From: Paraspadella gotoi
Taxonomy: Eukaryota > Animalia > Chaetognatha
Reading direction: 5' to 3'
NCBI GenBank assembly: GCA_051294375.1
Contig: CM119267.1
Span: forward strand, 11,977,553-12,041,552
Length of the DNA stretch: 64,000 nucleotides
Both the position numbers and the translations under genes were made by a program. Positions 37,932 to 55,540 of this stretch are shown piece by piece. The notes below the pieces were generated by a model that saw only the letters and a list, made by a program, of their open reading frames with translations, made no database searches and was not told where the DNA came from. Numbering within the stretch: the stretch's first letter is position 1; the number at the start of each line of letters is the position of its first letter.

Positions 37932-38488
37932 TTATACATGCTACTCGCGACAATAATTGTGTTTGACATCCTTTGCTAATTGGAAAAAAAAATTTTAGGC
38001 AGGGATTCTTCTCGTTAATTTTGTACGATTTGTTTCTTATTTAAAGTTTTTTAAGTTAAGCTTCTCAAGTAACTCTCTCACATTCATTGAAATATCCGTC
38101 TGTGTGCACGGGTTCGAATCAAGAACTTTCTGTTCTTTCACACTGTCCCAGGTAAAGGGAGTGAAAAACCTTTAGACCAACTGGAGCCGAGTTTTCTGAT
38201 ACATATTTTTATTTTAGTTCCGGTAGTTGCTTTTATTTTTAATTGGGTTTTATTTAAAAAATGTTTGTGGTCAAAAGCATTTTGTCAATGAGCGTTAGCC
38301 ATTACCGGTTACGAATCACTTGGTCAAATTAACATGGGTTTCGGAGGCTCGAATAAATATGCTGAATGTGGATGAATGTCCTGTAAATTCGCCGCATTTA
38401 AATGAACATTAAATGAACAATGATCATGATAATTGAAGAATGAAGATTGAAGATTTTTTCTTGCTCTAAAGAGTTTTTCCGTCGTCAG

Positions 38489-40553
38489 ATGGCAAGTAAG
38501 AGGACCGCTGGCGACGAGCTGACCGATCGAAACTGGGACAAAGAGGAGGAGCCCGAGGAAGCAGGAACCTTCAAATTGGCCGAGGAAGCGACGCTGAAAA
38601 CCCGAGTGATCAAGACAGCTAAGAGACGGGCCGGAGCAAGGTAAACAGTGATTTGGGCGTTTGTTTGCTTTTTCCTTTGACTATTTTACTTATTTTATCA
38701 TTAGTTGTGCGAATCCAATCGGTTCTTCGACTGCCTTTTCTGGCTTCGCGGGATTTTCGGGCTTTGGAGGAGCGACTTCTTCCAAACCAAACGTTAACTT
38801 CTCCTTCGGTGATAGCAAGTCGGCCATCAACCTTTTCGGATCGACGGGTCCGATTAAATCTTCAAGCCAAGAAAAGGATAAGTCGGAAGGAGAGTCGGTC
38901 GTCGATTCCACAACATCTTCCGGCAACGATCCAAAGTCGACCAACGTCTTCACCTCCAAAGTTCCCTCTTTTGTAGCCTCCTCCAAGGATTCCGATATTG
39001 AATCCGAAGAGCGACTCTCATCTTCAGTTCCGTCGATAAATCCTGTACGCGAAAGTGCATCCGTCGAAGAAAAGGCGAAAAAGGAGCAGAAGTATTTGGC
39101 TCATGTAAAAACTCTCAACAAGAGCGTCTTGGCCTGGATTCAGAAGCACGTCGAAGAACGACCGGCCTGCATCCTAACGCCCGTCTTTGAGGATTACGAG
39201 AAGCATCTTAAACGCATCGAGGAAAAGTTTGGCGTCGTGTCCAGCGACAACGAAGACAGCGACACCGAACGCATGGCGTCCAAGACGAAGTCCAAGGGCG
39301 AATCTTCGCCGAAGAAAAAAGACGAAAACGGAGACGATTCGTCCGTCACGCGGGAGGCGGACACGTTTTCCGCGACTAAGACCCGTTTCACCAGTACCAA
39401 CCCATCGCAGTCGACAGCCGCTCGAGGTGGTCTCGACTCCTCTCTTAAAGAAATCGACTCCAAGGATCGCAGCCTCAGCGAGAGCAAGAGCGACGAGCAG
39501 CCCAAGCTCTCCCATTTTGACGCCTTCTCTTCGACCAAGACAAACCACACGTTTTCATTTTCTAACCTGTCTCACGCTCGGGCACCGACCAGCAGCTGCA
39601 ACTCTTCAATGAAACCCACTTTTTCCTTTTGCGTTTCCGGCGCCGACAAAACGCTGAGTAACACCAGCACCACCACCGTGCCGTCCAACGCCGGCGTCTT
39701 CTCCTTCAGCGGTAGCGGTTCCGGTCCTAACTTCAATTTCGGCGGGACGTCGACCTCGGCCCCGCCCTCGTCGAATGCCGAATCCAATAAGGGCGTCTTT
39801 TCTTTCGGCTCTGACGCAGTTTCCTCCGCCTCGGCTTCCACGTCTTCGGCGCCGACTTTTTCTTTTGGCTCGGGAACCTCTTTCTCCTTCGCAAGCTCGT
39901 CGACTTCCGGTGTGTTCGGCAGCGGCGCTTCCGGCAGCTCTTCCACCGGCCTGTTTGGAAATCCGACCGGGACATTTTCCTCTTTGGTTTCAAAGACCAA
40001 CGGTGACGCGACAAAGGATGTTGCTGGGGCTGGTGGAGACGACGATGAGTACGTCCCGCCCAAACCGGAAGTGAAGGAGGTTGGCGAGGACGATGCCGTT
40101 TTCACTAAAAGATGTAAACTTTTCTACAAAAAGGATAACGCGTTCGTCGACCGAGGAATCGGTAAGATTAAATAAAAATTAAAACTCTGCGCTCTTTGGC
40201 TTAGTCCTGACGATTAAAATTTTTCGATCCTCATCCTTTCCCCCCATTTCTGCTCTCCGTCACTGTATTCAGGAAACCTTTTTATCAAACCCATTGGTTC
40301 CGAGGACGGCGAAGACAAAAAATTCAGTCTGCTTGTCAGGGCGGACACGAACCTGGGCAACATTCTACTCAACATCTCTCTCACGTCGCTCAAATTCTCC
40401 AAAATGGGAAGCAAGGACATCTCGTTCCTGTGCATCCCGAATCCGCTTCCCGACCCGAAAATGGCCACTGACGTCCCGGTTGTCATGCTTATTCGGGTCA
40501 AGGACTCCGACCTTCGGGACCAAGTTCTCGAAAAACTGAACGCCCACGCTTGA
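38489..40553 (+). CDS. NUP50: Nucleoporin NUP50; exons 38489-38640, 38705-40161, 40273-40553
   Basis: [28 protein letters not shown]...RVIKTAKRR importin-alpha-binding N-terminus, [13 protein letters not shown]...[16 protein letters not shown] repeats, C-terminal RanBD ([10 protein letters not shown]...[15 protein letters not shown]). Confidence 0.93.
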
Positions 40554-41253
40554 AATTAAACAAATAAACAAATACATATAAATTGTAAAAACAAAAATGA
40601 AAAACAACAATCAGACTTTTGATCCTATGCTAATATTATTCGTTGACTATCCAACCTTGTTCGCAAATGATTTAGGATAAGAAAATTTTAATCTTTCTTT
40701 TTCAATCATCGCGAACCGTCGACTTCATCGATTTTGTCCTAAAGATAATTATATAACTAACCTGGTAAATGGCCCTACGTTTTAAAGTTTTTTATGCGTG
40801 CAAAAAAATGAGGTTCAGATTTTTTATTTCAGTTTCTTCTTATTTTTGTTTTTTGCTTTTTCGCTTTTCAGCTTTTCCGACTGATAAGTCGAGAACAGAG
40901 CGTGAAAAAAGTTTGTCATATTTTTTTTCCAACATGTTTTGACACTTATCCTTTTATTCTGTGATAACGCTACCTAACGTTCACCTTTAACTCAGATGTG
41001 TATATTGAGGATAATCCCTGACAGTGTTTAAATATGTTTTTATGCTATCTTATGTTAAAGATTTCGTGAAAACGAATATGTGAGAAGTTATGATTTAATT
41101 TTTCCCGCAGAATATATAGGAAATTAAGATGAGAACTCACCAAGACTATTTTTAAAAAAGGCAAGAACAAAAAAATGAGAGAGAATATAAATAAAAAATA
41201 ACTTTTAAGTAGTAAAAAATAGGGGAAAAAAAGATAATAACCATCCTTGCAAA

Positions 41254-42435
41254 ATGGGGAACTGCGAGAAACGTTTTCTTTTCATCACGAGCGCGATTCT
41301 TTCCATTGCGGCGTTCATCATCTTGTGCATCTCCATATCCGGAGATAAATGGCTGTACTGCCTAGAAAAAATGCAAGAGTACCCGGACAACCGGACCGAG
41401 CGGTACCGAAACTTTTACATGGGTCTTTGGTACGTCTGCTCTCACGAAGACGTGATTGGAGCCGACGTGAATCACGACGTTCGGTGGGACATCATCGACG
41501 CCAAAGATGAAGAATTCGAATGCGTCAACATCCCTTACTTCGTTAGCGACGACGTTTTCGACTCGGGCAACACTCTCGATATGATCAAGAAGTCGATCCG
41601 CAAGTCGACCGCGTTTCCTTTCCTCAGCCTATTTACGCTGTCGTTCGGGGCAGTGGTCACCCTCTGCGGCCACTGCAAGAACAAGGGCAAGAAACCGCTC
41701 AACTTCTTTTCCGGTATCGTGTTCGTCAGCGCGGGCCTGCTCAATTTGTGCGGCATCATCGTATTTATCGCCAGCGTGACTGAGGAGGTGGGTCACAAAG
41801 CGCGTCAACCCCGCGACGATCCGGCCTTGCAATATCGCTACGGCTGGTCCATCGCCTTCTCTGCGCTTTCCTTTTCGCTCATGGAATTCGCCGGCGCCAT
41901 GTTCGTCTACGTCTACATTAAGCGCTTCAAAACCTCCTTCGAAAAGAAGCAGGAACACTTAAAGATGGTTGTCGACGGACGCAACCCACCGCTCCTCCCT
42001 CCGCCCCCGCCTCCTTTCCCGCGCGGCGATCACGAGGACGACGACGAGGACGCCAACTACCACGACGCCAGCCTCGACGCTCCGGCCTCCAATCCCGCTG
42101 GCTTTAAGGTTGGAGGAGGCGGCTACCTGCATCTGCCGGCCCACGACCGGCAGCCGTCGGCCTCGGCAACGTCGTCGCCCGGCGGCGGGGGCTACCATCC
42201 GTATCATCCACGGGCCAGCATTGTCAGTCGATCGATGTCGCGATCTCAAGACTTTCTCAATACTCTCGAGGGCGGTCGTTACGACACAGGAAGCCGCCAC
42301 GCCTCACTTACCCGAGGACTTACCGCCGACTATAATTTCGTGTCGAGGGAAATCTCCAGGAACACTCTCTCCACTACTGCCGAATACAACAAAGACTTCT
42401 CTTACGACACGCTTCACCGCACCACGCCAATATGA
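41254..42435 (+). CDS. TARP/stargazin (CACNG-like, claudin superfamily), single exon
   Basis: TM1 followed by DKWLY, GLWYVC, three more TM segments (FVSAGLLNLCGIIVFI, YRYGWS), C-terminal PDZ-binding motif HRTTPI like vertebrate TARP RRTTPV. Confidence 0.88.
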   Translation: MGNCEKRFLFITSAILSIAAFIILCISISGDKWLYCLEKMQEYPDNRTERYRNFYMGLWYVCSHEDVIGADVNHDVRWDIIDAKDEEFECVNIPYFVSDDVFDSGNTLDMIKKSIRKSTAFPFLSLFTLSFGAVVTLCGHCKNKGKKPLNFFSGIVFVSAGLLNLCGIIVFIASVTEEVGHKARQPRDDPALQYRYGWSIAFSALSFSLMEFAGAMFVYVYIKRFKTSFEKKQEHLKMVVDGRNPPLLPPPPPPFPRGDHEDDDEDANYHDASLDAPASNPAGFKVGGGGYLHLPAHDRQPSASATSSPGGGGYHPYHPRASIVSRSMSRSQDFLNTLEGGRYDTGSRHASLTRGLTADYNFVSREISRNTLSTTAEYNKDFSYDTLHRTTPI

Positions 42436-43803
42436 AGTGCGATAAATGAGGTTTTTCTTTTTCGAATAGGTGACACTTTTGATGCCGCGTTTCCGCGAAG
42501 GGCTTGAAAACTATCCCATCCTGGCGTAATTTTTTCAAACGCCTCAATTATTTTTTTCTCAACCCAAAATTTTGTGGCTCATTGAATGTGAACATCTTAA
42601 GGCCGTCTATCTTGATTTACTGGAGAATTACTGTATAATACTCATGAAGAAATTACTTCAAAAATATGTTTCCGTCGGATACTATAATCTACATAGACTT
42701 GTTTAGTAAAAAATGATGCGTTGATTAAGTGAACGCTTACACAAATTTCCGGAATCCGATGTGCAAACTGGAGATGAAATCGATCATAGATGAAAAACCA
42801 TCTTCTCCCATCTTCAACTTGGTACAGCCATTCCCATTTAAATGTATGAAAAAAGTATTTGTCCCAAACGAGTCGTTGTATGCTGCTCCCTCGCTTACTA
42901 ATCAATAAAAAAATTGCGTTTACTCCCATTCCTCGCCGTTTGACTAACTATTCCTAACAGATAATAACCTTATTCGGTACAAATGTTTACTAAATGTTAG
43001 TTTCTAAGTTCACCAGGCCGAGTTGTTGGTGGGAGGGTTTCAATTACTAGTCAAAGTGATACTAATAATTCTGTTTTTGAACGTGGAGTTCTTTTATTCG
43101 CACAAAGGAAATCTTTCAAACAGTTATGACAGATACGATATGACGATTGACTGCACTAATTAAGAGAATATTTATAAAGAATAATCCCTACATTCCAGAA
43201 ATAGCTACTAACTGATAGTTCCTCTTATTCTAAATCTAGTCATGTCACAGAAGTACAAAAATGATCTCATGGTTTGAACAGATAAAATAGTCCTCAAAAG
43301 ATCTCACTCCTCTTTTGAGGATTCCTGTTATGTTGTAACTGAATTTGTTATTTATGACACTCACAAACTGAAAGTTCCCTCAAAGTTTTAATTGCAGCTG
43401 CAAGGTAGAAAAGTAATAATCTAACAACATTATCTCTACGCGGTTATAGTTTTAGTATAATTAGAATAAGGTAGTTCTTAATTTACTTGTAAAATATTCA
43501 TTGGAATTATTTGATGGACCGGTTATTTTAAATTTCGGCGAAAATATTGTATTTAGTTTTAAGCCCATGTCAAAAACTTGGTTTCCCCATAGGCTCGTTT
43601 TACATTTCCTTGTAAATTTCGAGTAAACTCGAAATTCCCGGTCCTTGTTCAAAATGTTGTTGTAACAAGACCCGCTTCTTGTCAATTTTATACCCATGCA
43701 TATGTTTAATGTATTGTGGAGTGTTTAAAAAAAAGATTCCTTATCGATGTCATCCCAGATAACGTTGAAAATTCCTCATGACGAATTTGTAAACGTCGCG
43801 AAA

Positions 43804-45484
43804 ATGAGTGTGACACGGTCGTTGACTCTAGATCGAGAGACCGAAGCCTTTTTGGACGAACTAGTGGGCGAAAAGCGGGACAATTTTGGCCTCATTGTTG
43901 GCCAACTTTCCTCGGAGGGCGACTTCGCCGTTTTTTTGGCGCCTACGCTTCCACCCCAGGAAAATAAAGTTAACGTGGAGGAGGATGGCGGGGATGGAAT
44001 CGACGACGCCGAAGTAAACACGCCCACTCCTCCGAATCCAGCACCGGGTATCGTGCTTAAAGACCTGACCAAGGAGTGGGTCATCCATCACTCTCACCAG
44101 CTGTCACGCCTTTTGACCGGGGGACTTGAAATAATCGGCTTCTTCGTCGTCTGCGATCCTGACATCTTCCTGGAATCGACTCCCAAACTAAAGACGTTCT
44201 TTACAGTGTTGGAGAAACAGAGAAAGAAGCGCTTCGTCAACGGTTTCGTTGATGACTTTCGTTCCCATCGCGACGAAGGCTACCTTATCCACGGATGCTC
44301 GCGCACTGGAAAGATTTCCTGCAAATCCATAAGCCTTGATTCGACCGCTCCGTTGAAGGCGATCGACCTTAAGTTCCAGAACTTTCTCCACTCGTGGTCG
44401 AGGATCGATAGCTCGTTCGGTGTAGATTGCGTCATCGACATTCCCGCTGATAAGCTTTCCAAACTTTCGCTGATCTGGCAGATTCAACACGGCTTGACTC
44501 CCATGTTAAAGGAATTGTGGCTCTCGAAAATCTTGCTGACTCCGGCGACGTCGTCGTCCTCTGCAGCGGTAATCGTGCCTCCTCAGCGGTCGCCCTTGAA
44601 TAGAGAAGCTGCGCAAGAACCAAAGACAACCAAAGTGGGACGAAAAGGCGGAAGAAAGGGACAAGGCGACGCTCCCTCGGAGGCGGTCAGCGGACGACTT
44701 TATTCGGCTCACGTCTTTAAGAGGACTCTCGACAACGAAAAAGATGACAAGGTGTTCAGGTCGGATTGCGCCACCCAGATGATAGTCGGTGGAACTGTAT
44801 GTGCTCGCGCGCACATGCATGCAAAAGCGTCTGTTGAGGTAAAACTTCTGGCGTTTTAGCAGATGACATCATTTTTCTCGCCCCATACTTACATTTTTCT
44901 TAACCATCCCCCCTACCCACTTTAAAGGACTCGATAAATGCGCTGAAAAAAGATATGTTGAATTCGGTCCTGACGCGTTGTGAACTTCTCTGCGACGACA
45001 TGTTGACGGAAGAAGATCAGGAAACTCGCCCATCCGGCGCCGTCATCTACGAACTTCCACTTCGAATATACGCCCCCGTCAAGGATGGCCTCACCATCGC
45101 CGACTTCATGTTTAGGGATGAAACTAAACTTGACGCCGTTGAGCGGATTAAGGAAGTCACGGGACATGAAATTCTTGGTTCGCACACCGAATTTAATTTA
45201 CTATTAGTTTTAAACATTTAAGATTGAAATTTCTTTTATTTTCAGAGGAGGCTTTGGAAACAGCGGTGGAATCTTTCGTTTCTCGCGATATCTCGCCCGC
45301 CTCCTCCATCGAGTCACTCTCATCTCAAATCTCAAGTGATGGTCTGCAATCTGTCGACAATTCCGCCGGGTTCCTCCAAACGTCGTCGCAAGCGCTCAAG
45401 CGTCATTATGTTTCGGTTCTCTGCGCCGGTGGTGCTTTGGCGGCACTCTTTACAGCTTACCTTCAGATTGAACACGTTCTCTGA
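43804..45484 (+). CDS. ODR4: ODR-4 homolog (GPCR maturation factor, tail-anchored); exons 43804-44838, 44928-45177, 45246-45484; alternative ATG at 43747
   Basis: GLIVGQ, WVIHHSHQLSRLLTGGLEIIGFF, ALKKDMLNSVLTRCELLCDD, LPLRIY, C-terminal TM. Reading frames join through GT-AG introns. Confidence 0.85.
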
Positions 45485-45947
45485 TAGATACATTAAAATT
45501 AAACTAGTCACTACGCCTTTCCGTGATTTTAAATTTTTAAAACTTATCATAATGATCATGTGTTTAAAGCTTTAGAATTTCTTTTCAGATCTTAAAAAAT
45601 TTACTACGATTTACGATTTACTACAATTGCGACTAAATTATATGTAAGCAATGGAAGTGATGGACTTTTTACTTTTCGTTTATTTCTAAAATTCGTCAAG
45701 ATTATTTCGGTTTAAGTGACATCTGTCTGTCACTTGTGTTCACCGTATTATTCACAAAGACCGATAATATTAACTTTTAACAAGAGGAATGTGTAATGAT
45801 GTGTAATGATAAACACTCATGACTTCAGTGTCCTTATAGTCCAATATAATTTATTGGACTGAATATGATGACCTGATAAATTGCCCAATTGATATCGGAA
45901 GAACCTGTTAAAAAATTCGCAATCAAAATCATCGTGATAGAAGAACC

Positions 45948-47015
45948 ATGGCTAATATTTTTGGCATAGAATTTGCACCTATTAAAGTCCCAATACATCG
46001 GCGCCTTCAGACATTAGTCGTCTTCCAATTTATTTCAATGTTTCTTTTTTATGGCCTTTTGTCTGTCGCTTTTCTCTATTACGTTTTTTTTTACACGAGA
46101 TTTTGGTGGATTGTTGTTTTGTACCTAATTTGGTATGTTATTGATCAACCTAAAGCTCATCGAGGTGGTAGACATAATCTGTTAATACTCGGTGAATATG
46201 TAAGCTTTTTCGCAGTACGAAAGTGGCGCATTTGGCGCCATTTTCGCGATTACTTCCCTATCCAACTAATCAAAACGCATGATTTGAATCCTCATAAAAA
46301 TTACATCTTTGGATATCATCCGCACGGTATGATATCTATAGGCGCTGTTTGTTCCTTTGTCATGGATGCTGCGGGGTTTTCAGAGATATTTCCCGGCCTT
46401 GTGCCACATTTATTAACGTTACGTTGTTGGTTTTATTTTCCAATTGTGCGAGAAATTCTTCTTTTTGGTGGACTGTCGGCTGCAAGTCGGGAGAATATTG
46501 ATAGCCTTTTACACAGTACGGATGAAAAATCGTCATATGGTAAATGTGTCGTTATTGTGATTGGTGGAGCGCAGGAGGCCCTTTATGCCAATCCCGGGTC
46601 GCACACTCTCGTATTGTCCTCTCGGTTCGGATTTGTGAAAAAGGCGATCATTCATGGCGCTGCCTTAGTGCCAGTTTATGGCTTTGGAGAGAATGACCTG
46701 TTTTGGCACAAACAGGCTCCAAGAGGATCTATGTTGTCAAAATTTCAACATTTTTTTCGTAAGATATTTACTTTTTCTACACCTTTGTTTTGGGGTCGAG
46801 GAATTTTCAACTACACCTTTGGGATTTTACCCAGACGAATCCCCTTGAATGTTGTTGTGGGCCCTCCGATTGAACCAAAAAAAAAAAATCCAAATCCTAC
46901 ATCTGAGGAAATTCAACAACTTCATGGCAGATATGTTGAAGCTTTGACAAATCTTTTTGAAAGCAATAAAAAAGTTTATGGAATTACAGACGATGTGCAT
47001 CTGGAAATTTTATGA
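45948..47015 (+). CDS. MOGAT/DGAT2-family acyltransferase, single exon
   Basis: IEFAPIKVPIHRRLQT, FRDYFPI, YIFGYHPHG, IGGAQEAL, GFVKKAIIHGAALVPVYGFGEN, VVGPPI. Confidence 0.92.
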   Translation: MANIFGIEFAPIKVPIHRRLQTLVVFQFISMFLFYGLLSVAFLYYVFFYTRFWWIVVLYLIWYVIDQPKAHRGGRHNLLILGEYVSFFAVRKWRIWRHFRDYFPIQLIKTHDLNPHKNYIFGYHPHGMISIGAVCSFVMDAAGFSEIFPGLVPHLLTLRCWFYFPIVREILLFGGLSAASRENIDSLLHSTDEKSSYGKCVVIVIGGAQEALYANPGSHTLVLSSRFGFVKKAIIHGAALVPVYGFGENDLFWHKQAPRGSMLSKFQHFFRKIFTFSTPLFWGRGIFNYTFGILPRRIPLNVVVGPPIEPKKKNPNPTSEEIQQLHGRYVEALTNLFESNKKVYGITDDVHLEIL

Positions 47016-47432
47016 TCCCTTCTGATAATTATAGCTAATAAAATGACTTACTATTCTGATTGCGGAACAAATCATGTGTTTTGATTTTTTTGTTAAAATT
47101 TTAATTTTTTCTATTGTCATCATTTTACGATTTTAGTATTGCTTCTTTGTGCCGTTGTCATCGTCGTCACGCTTTTCTTATATAAAAACTACTATGAATT
47201 ACGATTGATTTTCGTAAAAGTGATAAAGCTAAAAATTTAGATATGACTTCTCACTTTGTTTATTTTATTTACCAATAAATTTTTATATAAGAACTACTAC
47301 AAATTAAGAATTACGTTTTAATTATATGTCTCTCTCTTTCTGTTTCTTCATTATATGTCGCTCTCTGTCCCTGCTTCTTCTGATTCGCCTAAAAACGAGT
47401 TCAGCTCGACAGCCGCTGGACTTCTTTTCTCT

Positions 47433-47992
47433 TTTTATCTCGCGTGATTTTGGTTCGCCTCTGCTTCTTTGTGACCGTAGTCGTTCGTCGTCGGCGTTGG
47501 CGGCGTCGTCGTCATACTTCTTTACCATTGTAAAAATGTGTAAAAGGCTATCCAGCTTCTCCCTATTTCTCTCTCTTTTAATTATATGTCGCACTCTTTC
47601 TTTTTATTTAACATCGTGTTATAAATGGGCTAAGCGCCCCGTCCCTCTTAACTATTAAGCGACCACCAGGCTAAAACCCCGGACTTTTGGGTTGGGAGGC
47701 GAATGATTTGCTTCCTGCACCACTGGCCACTGATGAACGGTTGGTGGATTTTAGTCCATCATAACATCATAGCATTAATCATTTTCTTATCATGGCATCA
47801 ATCATTTGGTTATCATGGATCAATCATTTGGTTATCATCGCATCAATTATTTGGTTATCATCGCATCAATAATCAATTACTATTATATCAATAATTCGTT
47901 ATCGCATCAATCATTCGTTTTTTTTCCGGATTTTTTTATTAATTTTCTTTGATAGTAACGTCTGGCGAGATCACTATACTTTTAAGATTTTT
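47433..47992 (+). mobile_element. HINE-like repeat copy (same family as 58249-59300)
   Basis: 5' TTTTATCTCGC. The 3' end GTAACGTCTGGCGAGATCACTATACTTTTAAGATTTTT is identical to the copy near 59262-59300, and both share the ATCATCGCATCAAT minisatellite. Confidence 0.6.
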
Positions 47993-48619
47993 TATATCGG
48001 AATCTTGAGAAATACAATTTGACTTAAATGAATCTACGCTCAAAAAACAATTGTTAATTATCTCAGCGAAATTTAATTTTTGATTCTTTACAAGAAATAA
48101 ATCATGACATCATTTTGATCAATAGCCATTAGTCATGAGATTGACTAAATTTGTATTGGCTTCCTTCATTTAAGAAAAATTACATTTATACGTTCTACAT
48201 GACTTTAAAATTTCCTGTCTAGTTTTGGAATTTATAATAAATGATATATACCTTATACAGTCTTGTACAAAAAAAGACACCCAAAAACATTATGAAAATA
48301 AATCAAGTTAGATTCCTTTAAAATGAAAGATATTATAAGTGGATAATATTCTTGGAAAAAGGAACTATTGGTGTAAATTTGGTTAATACGTGGCTATCCG
48401 TTACGAAGCAGTACTTGATTTTAAAGGTTGATTATAGATAGATTTCTTAACATGTCACTAAAGGCCTTTCATCAAAAAATTTTACCAAATTATTAATCGG
48501 TATTGATAACCATTTTTGTCTTAAACTGTTGATACTTTTACTTCGTAGTGGAAAATGGATCTTGGAATTCTTAAAAAACTTTATCTTTAAAACTTTTCAA
48601 TTTTCGATGAAAAATAAAG

Positions 48620-52814
<4,195 letters not shown>

Positions 52815-53343
52815 AAAAAATTGGGGGGGGGTGATTAATAGCAGCATGCCAATCATCGTTTTCGCAGTTATACCCGCATTATCAACATTCCATCGATTTC
52901 CCGTTGTTCTCAATCATATTCGTTTATCAACGCAATAAAACTTTAGTAATTATGCGACTCTACGACTTAGCTATTAAATTTTATTTTAGACCGTGATCTC
53001 CTTTATTTACCTGTCACTTTGTTCTTTACGTGAAATCTTTGCGTTGTAAGTTTTCAATATAGCGACAACCTTTACTAACTCAATTATCCGGATATTTTTA
53101 GTTCGGAATTGTGTGCAAAAGGACTTTTCTACCACTCGTAGCGTCAATTTCGTTGTTCTTACACAGCGTATTACTAGTCCTATTAATTTTACATCCTTTT
53201 CCCTTTTATTTATTTTCTCCATCTATATTAGTTTTTGTTAGAAATTAGTTTTGTTATACTATTTATTATATCTATTCCGTTTTAATGTGGAATGGAAATT
53301 TTTCTCCATTTAGGAATTATTAGGCAATAAAAAACAAAGAGAA

Positions 53344-54405
53344 ATGTGGAATAAAGTTTTGGCGGTAATTTTCCTGTCAAAGTTGGTTTCGTGTGACGGA
53401 CAAATCATCTCAACGGACATCACCTGCAAGCATCCGTCCGATTGTTCTTATCCCAAACAATGCTGTTACTTCAAAGAATACAAGAGCAAATTTTCCCTGG
53501 ATGATAACACCTACTTGGCCGGGGAAATAACAGGAAAATGTTGTTATCGTGGCCACTATTTCGGCGGCTACGGTTACTACCGCATGTCGTTTTGGAACAT
53601 GTGGTATTTTTGGTTCATCGTTATCTTCATTCTTCTATCCTGCTTCGGTGGCTGCGGCTATTGGCGTCGACGTCAGTGGTTGCTGTCGTATCAGAATCAT
53701 CAGGCGGTGCCCATGGCGCAGGCACCGGGACACCCACTTTCTCTGGCACCACCCCCACCCCGTCACCATCGACCCTCTCCGCTATCGTCCCAGGCCCATG
53801 ATATAGTCACTGGGCGACGATTATCCAGCCGACTGGGTCGTGGACTTCCCTCCCTTTCTCCGGGTCCCACCGGGTCTCTCCCCCACCCCCAGGGTTTCGT
53901 GGCACCTCCAGGGTTTGATCTCTACACGGCGCACGCGTCTTCTCAGATCCCCGCCATGTTTTCCCCTGCCCGTGCCACCCATCCCTACGTAGCCAACCCA
54001 CCGCCCCACCTTCCCCAGGCGGCCAGCATAGATGGAGCCGCGTTGGATAGTAACTTTTCTTCGAGAGGTCTCCCAGCCCCACCCCCTTACGTCGAAGTGG
54101 TTGGAAGCGCGCCGGTGGACAAAGACGCTCCCGAATACGGTGGGAGCGTGCGGGATGAAAAGATGAAAGACTTGCCACCCTCCTACGCGGAAGCCGTGGC
54201 TCAGATGATGAGCGTGGCGCCCGCGAATGAAGCCAACGATCCTCAACAGCGCCCGACGGGGCCGGTTGCGCCGACGTTGTGCCACGCCCGTGATGGATTT
54301 TCGGTCCGGGGCGAAACCACCACCGCCGGTGTTTACAACCCTATTGCTTCGCCGCCCGATGGCACCAGAGACATCTCTTCCGGTGGAGCTTCAGGGGGAA
54401 TTTGA
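53344..54405 (+). CDS. VOPP1/WBP1 (Shisa-like) single-pass membrane protein with PPxY motifs, single exon
   Basis: Signal peptide, Cys-rich ectodomain (CC...CC), TM WYFWFIVIFILLSCFGGCGY followed by WRRR, Pro-rich tail with PPPY and PPSY. Confidence 0.75.
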   Translation: MWNKVLAVIFLSKLVSCDGQIISTDITCKHPSDCSYPKQCCYFKEYKSKFSLDDNTYLAGEITGKCCYRGHYFGGYGYYRMSFWNMWYFWFIVIFILLSCFGGCGYWRRRQWLLSYQNHQAVPMAQAPGHPLSLAPPPPRHHRPSPLSSQAHDIVTGRRLSSRLGRGLPSLSPGPTGSLPHPQGFVAPPGFDLYTAHASSQIPAMFSPARATHPYVANPPPHLPQAASIDGAALDSNFSSRGLPAPPPYVEVVGSAPVDKDAPEYGGSVRDEKMKDLPPSYAEAVAQMMSVAPANEANDPQQRPTGPVAPTLCHARDGFSVRGETTTAGVYNPIASPPDGTRDISSGGASGGI

Positions 54406-55540
54406 TCATTTTTCAATCAAGATAAAAGAATACAACTTTTTCTCGCTTTTATGTAAGTCAGCTTTGGCTGATTAAGCTTTACTTCTGATCTCATTATTTT
54501 TCTAGAGAAAACTCTAAATAATAATCGGTGTCAAATCTGTGTTTATTTTTGATAGGGAAACGTAACCACCGCGGATTACCGATCGTGTCATTCCTTTAAT
54601 CTTATGTAAAATGCTTTGCCATTTAAAAAAAAATTGCCTACTTCTGATGAAATCTCTTTGTGCACGTAAAATGGATATCATTTCTTGAGTCATGGATTCC
54701 GTTGAGAATTAATTTTCGCATTAGAGCTACTCAACCAAAGTTCTTTTTCTAACTAGTAATAATCGTAGATTAACAATTGTTTGCTTTGTTTGTTAATTTA
54801 TTTAAGCATACATAATTTATTTCATTTGAAATAAAATTTTATAAATTATTACTTTGTTTTATTTATTTTGTCGTTTATTTTCTTTGAATACGTAAAAAAA
54901 TGTCGAAATTTTCATCATTAGAACATTTCAGTTGATGTTTAAACTTTTCTCTTTGTGTCATTAGGGACCGTGCTTTTTACAAAATAAAAAATCGACAAAT
55001 TGAATCACGAACCACTTATAGATAGCATAGGAATTTTTCACTTTTTTGTTAGACTATATGTAACTATTTCGAAAAATTAAAAGGGATGAAATTGAAAATA
55101 AAACAATTTACAGTATTTCCCGCATCGGGTTTTGCTTGCAGAACACAGGCAGAGATATTTATAATTTAAATGTTTGAATGGTTTTAAAAATGGTATAAAT
55201 GGTAATGTAATTATTGAAGGTTTTTTCAGACAAATACTTTTTAAACTCGCTCTGAGTGACTGTTCTCTCTACCATTTCTTAGAGAATTTTAAGTATTATG
55301 TAGTATATACCTAAGCTAAGAAGTCCTTGGTTTTTGACAAGCTGCGATTAGTATATGAATTATGGTTAAATCGTCGCGACGTGAAATAAGTGATATTTTT
55401 GCCGAAGTTTACAATTTACTCATTTAAAAATGCGAGAGCCGTTTAAAAATTGAAAGGAATAGTGGTTGGGTGAGCGCAATATCGATTTTATATTGAGACT
55501 TTGCTTACAGATAGTCACGATGTAGAAACTCGTTACCAAA

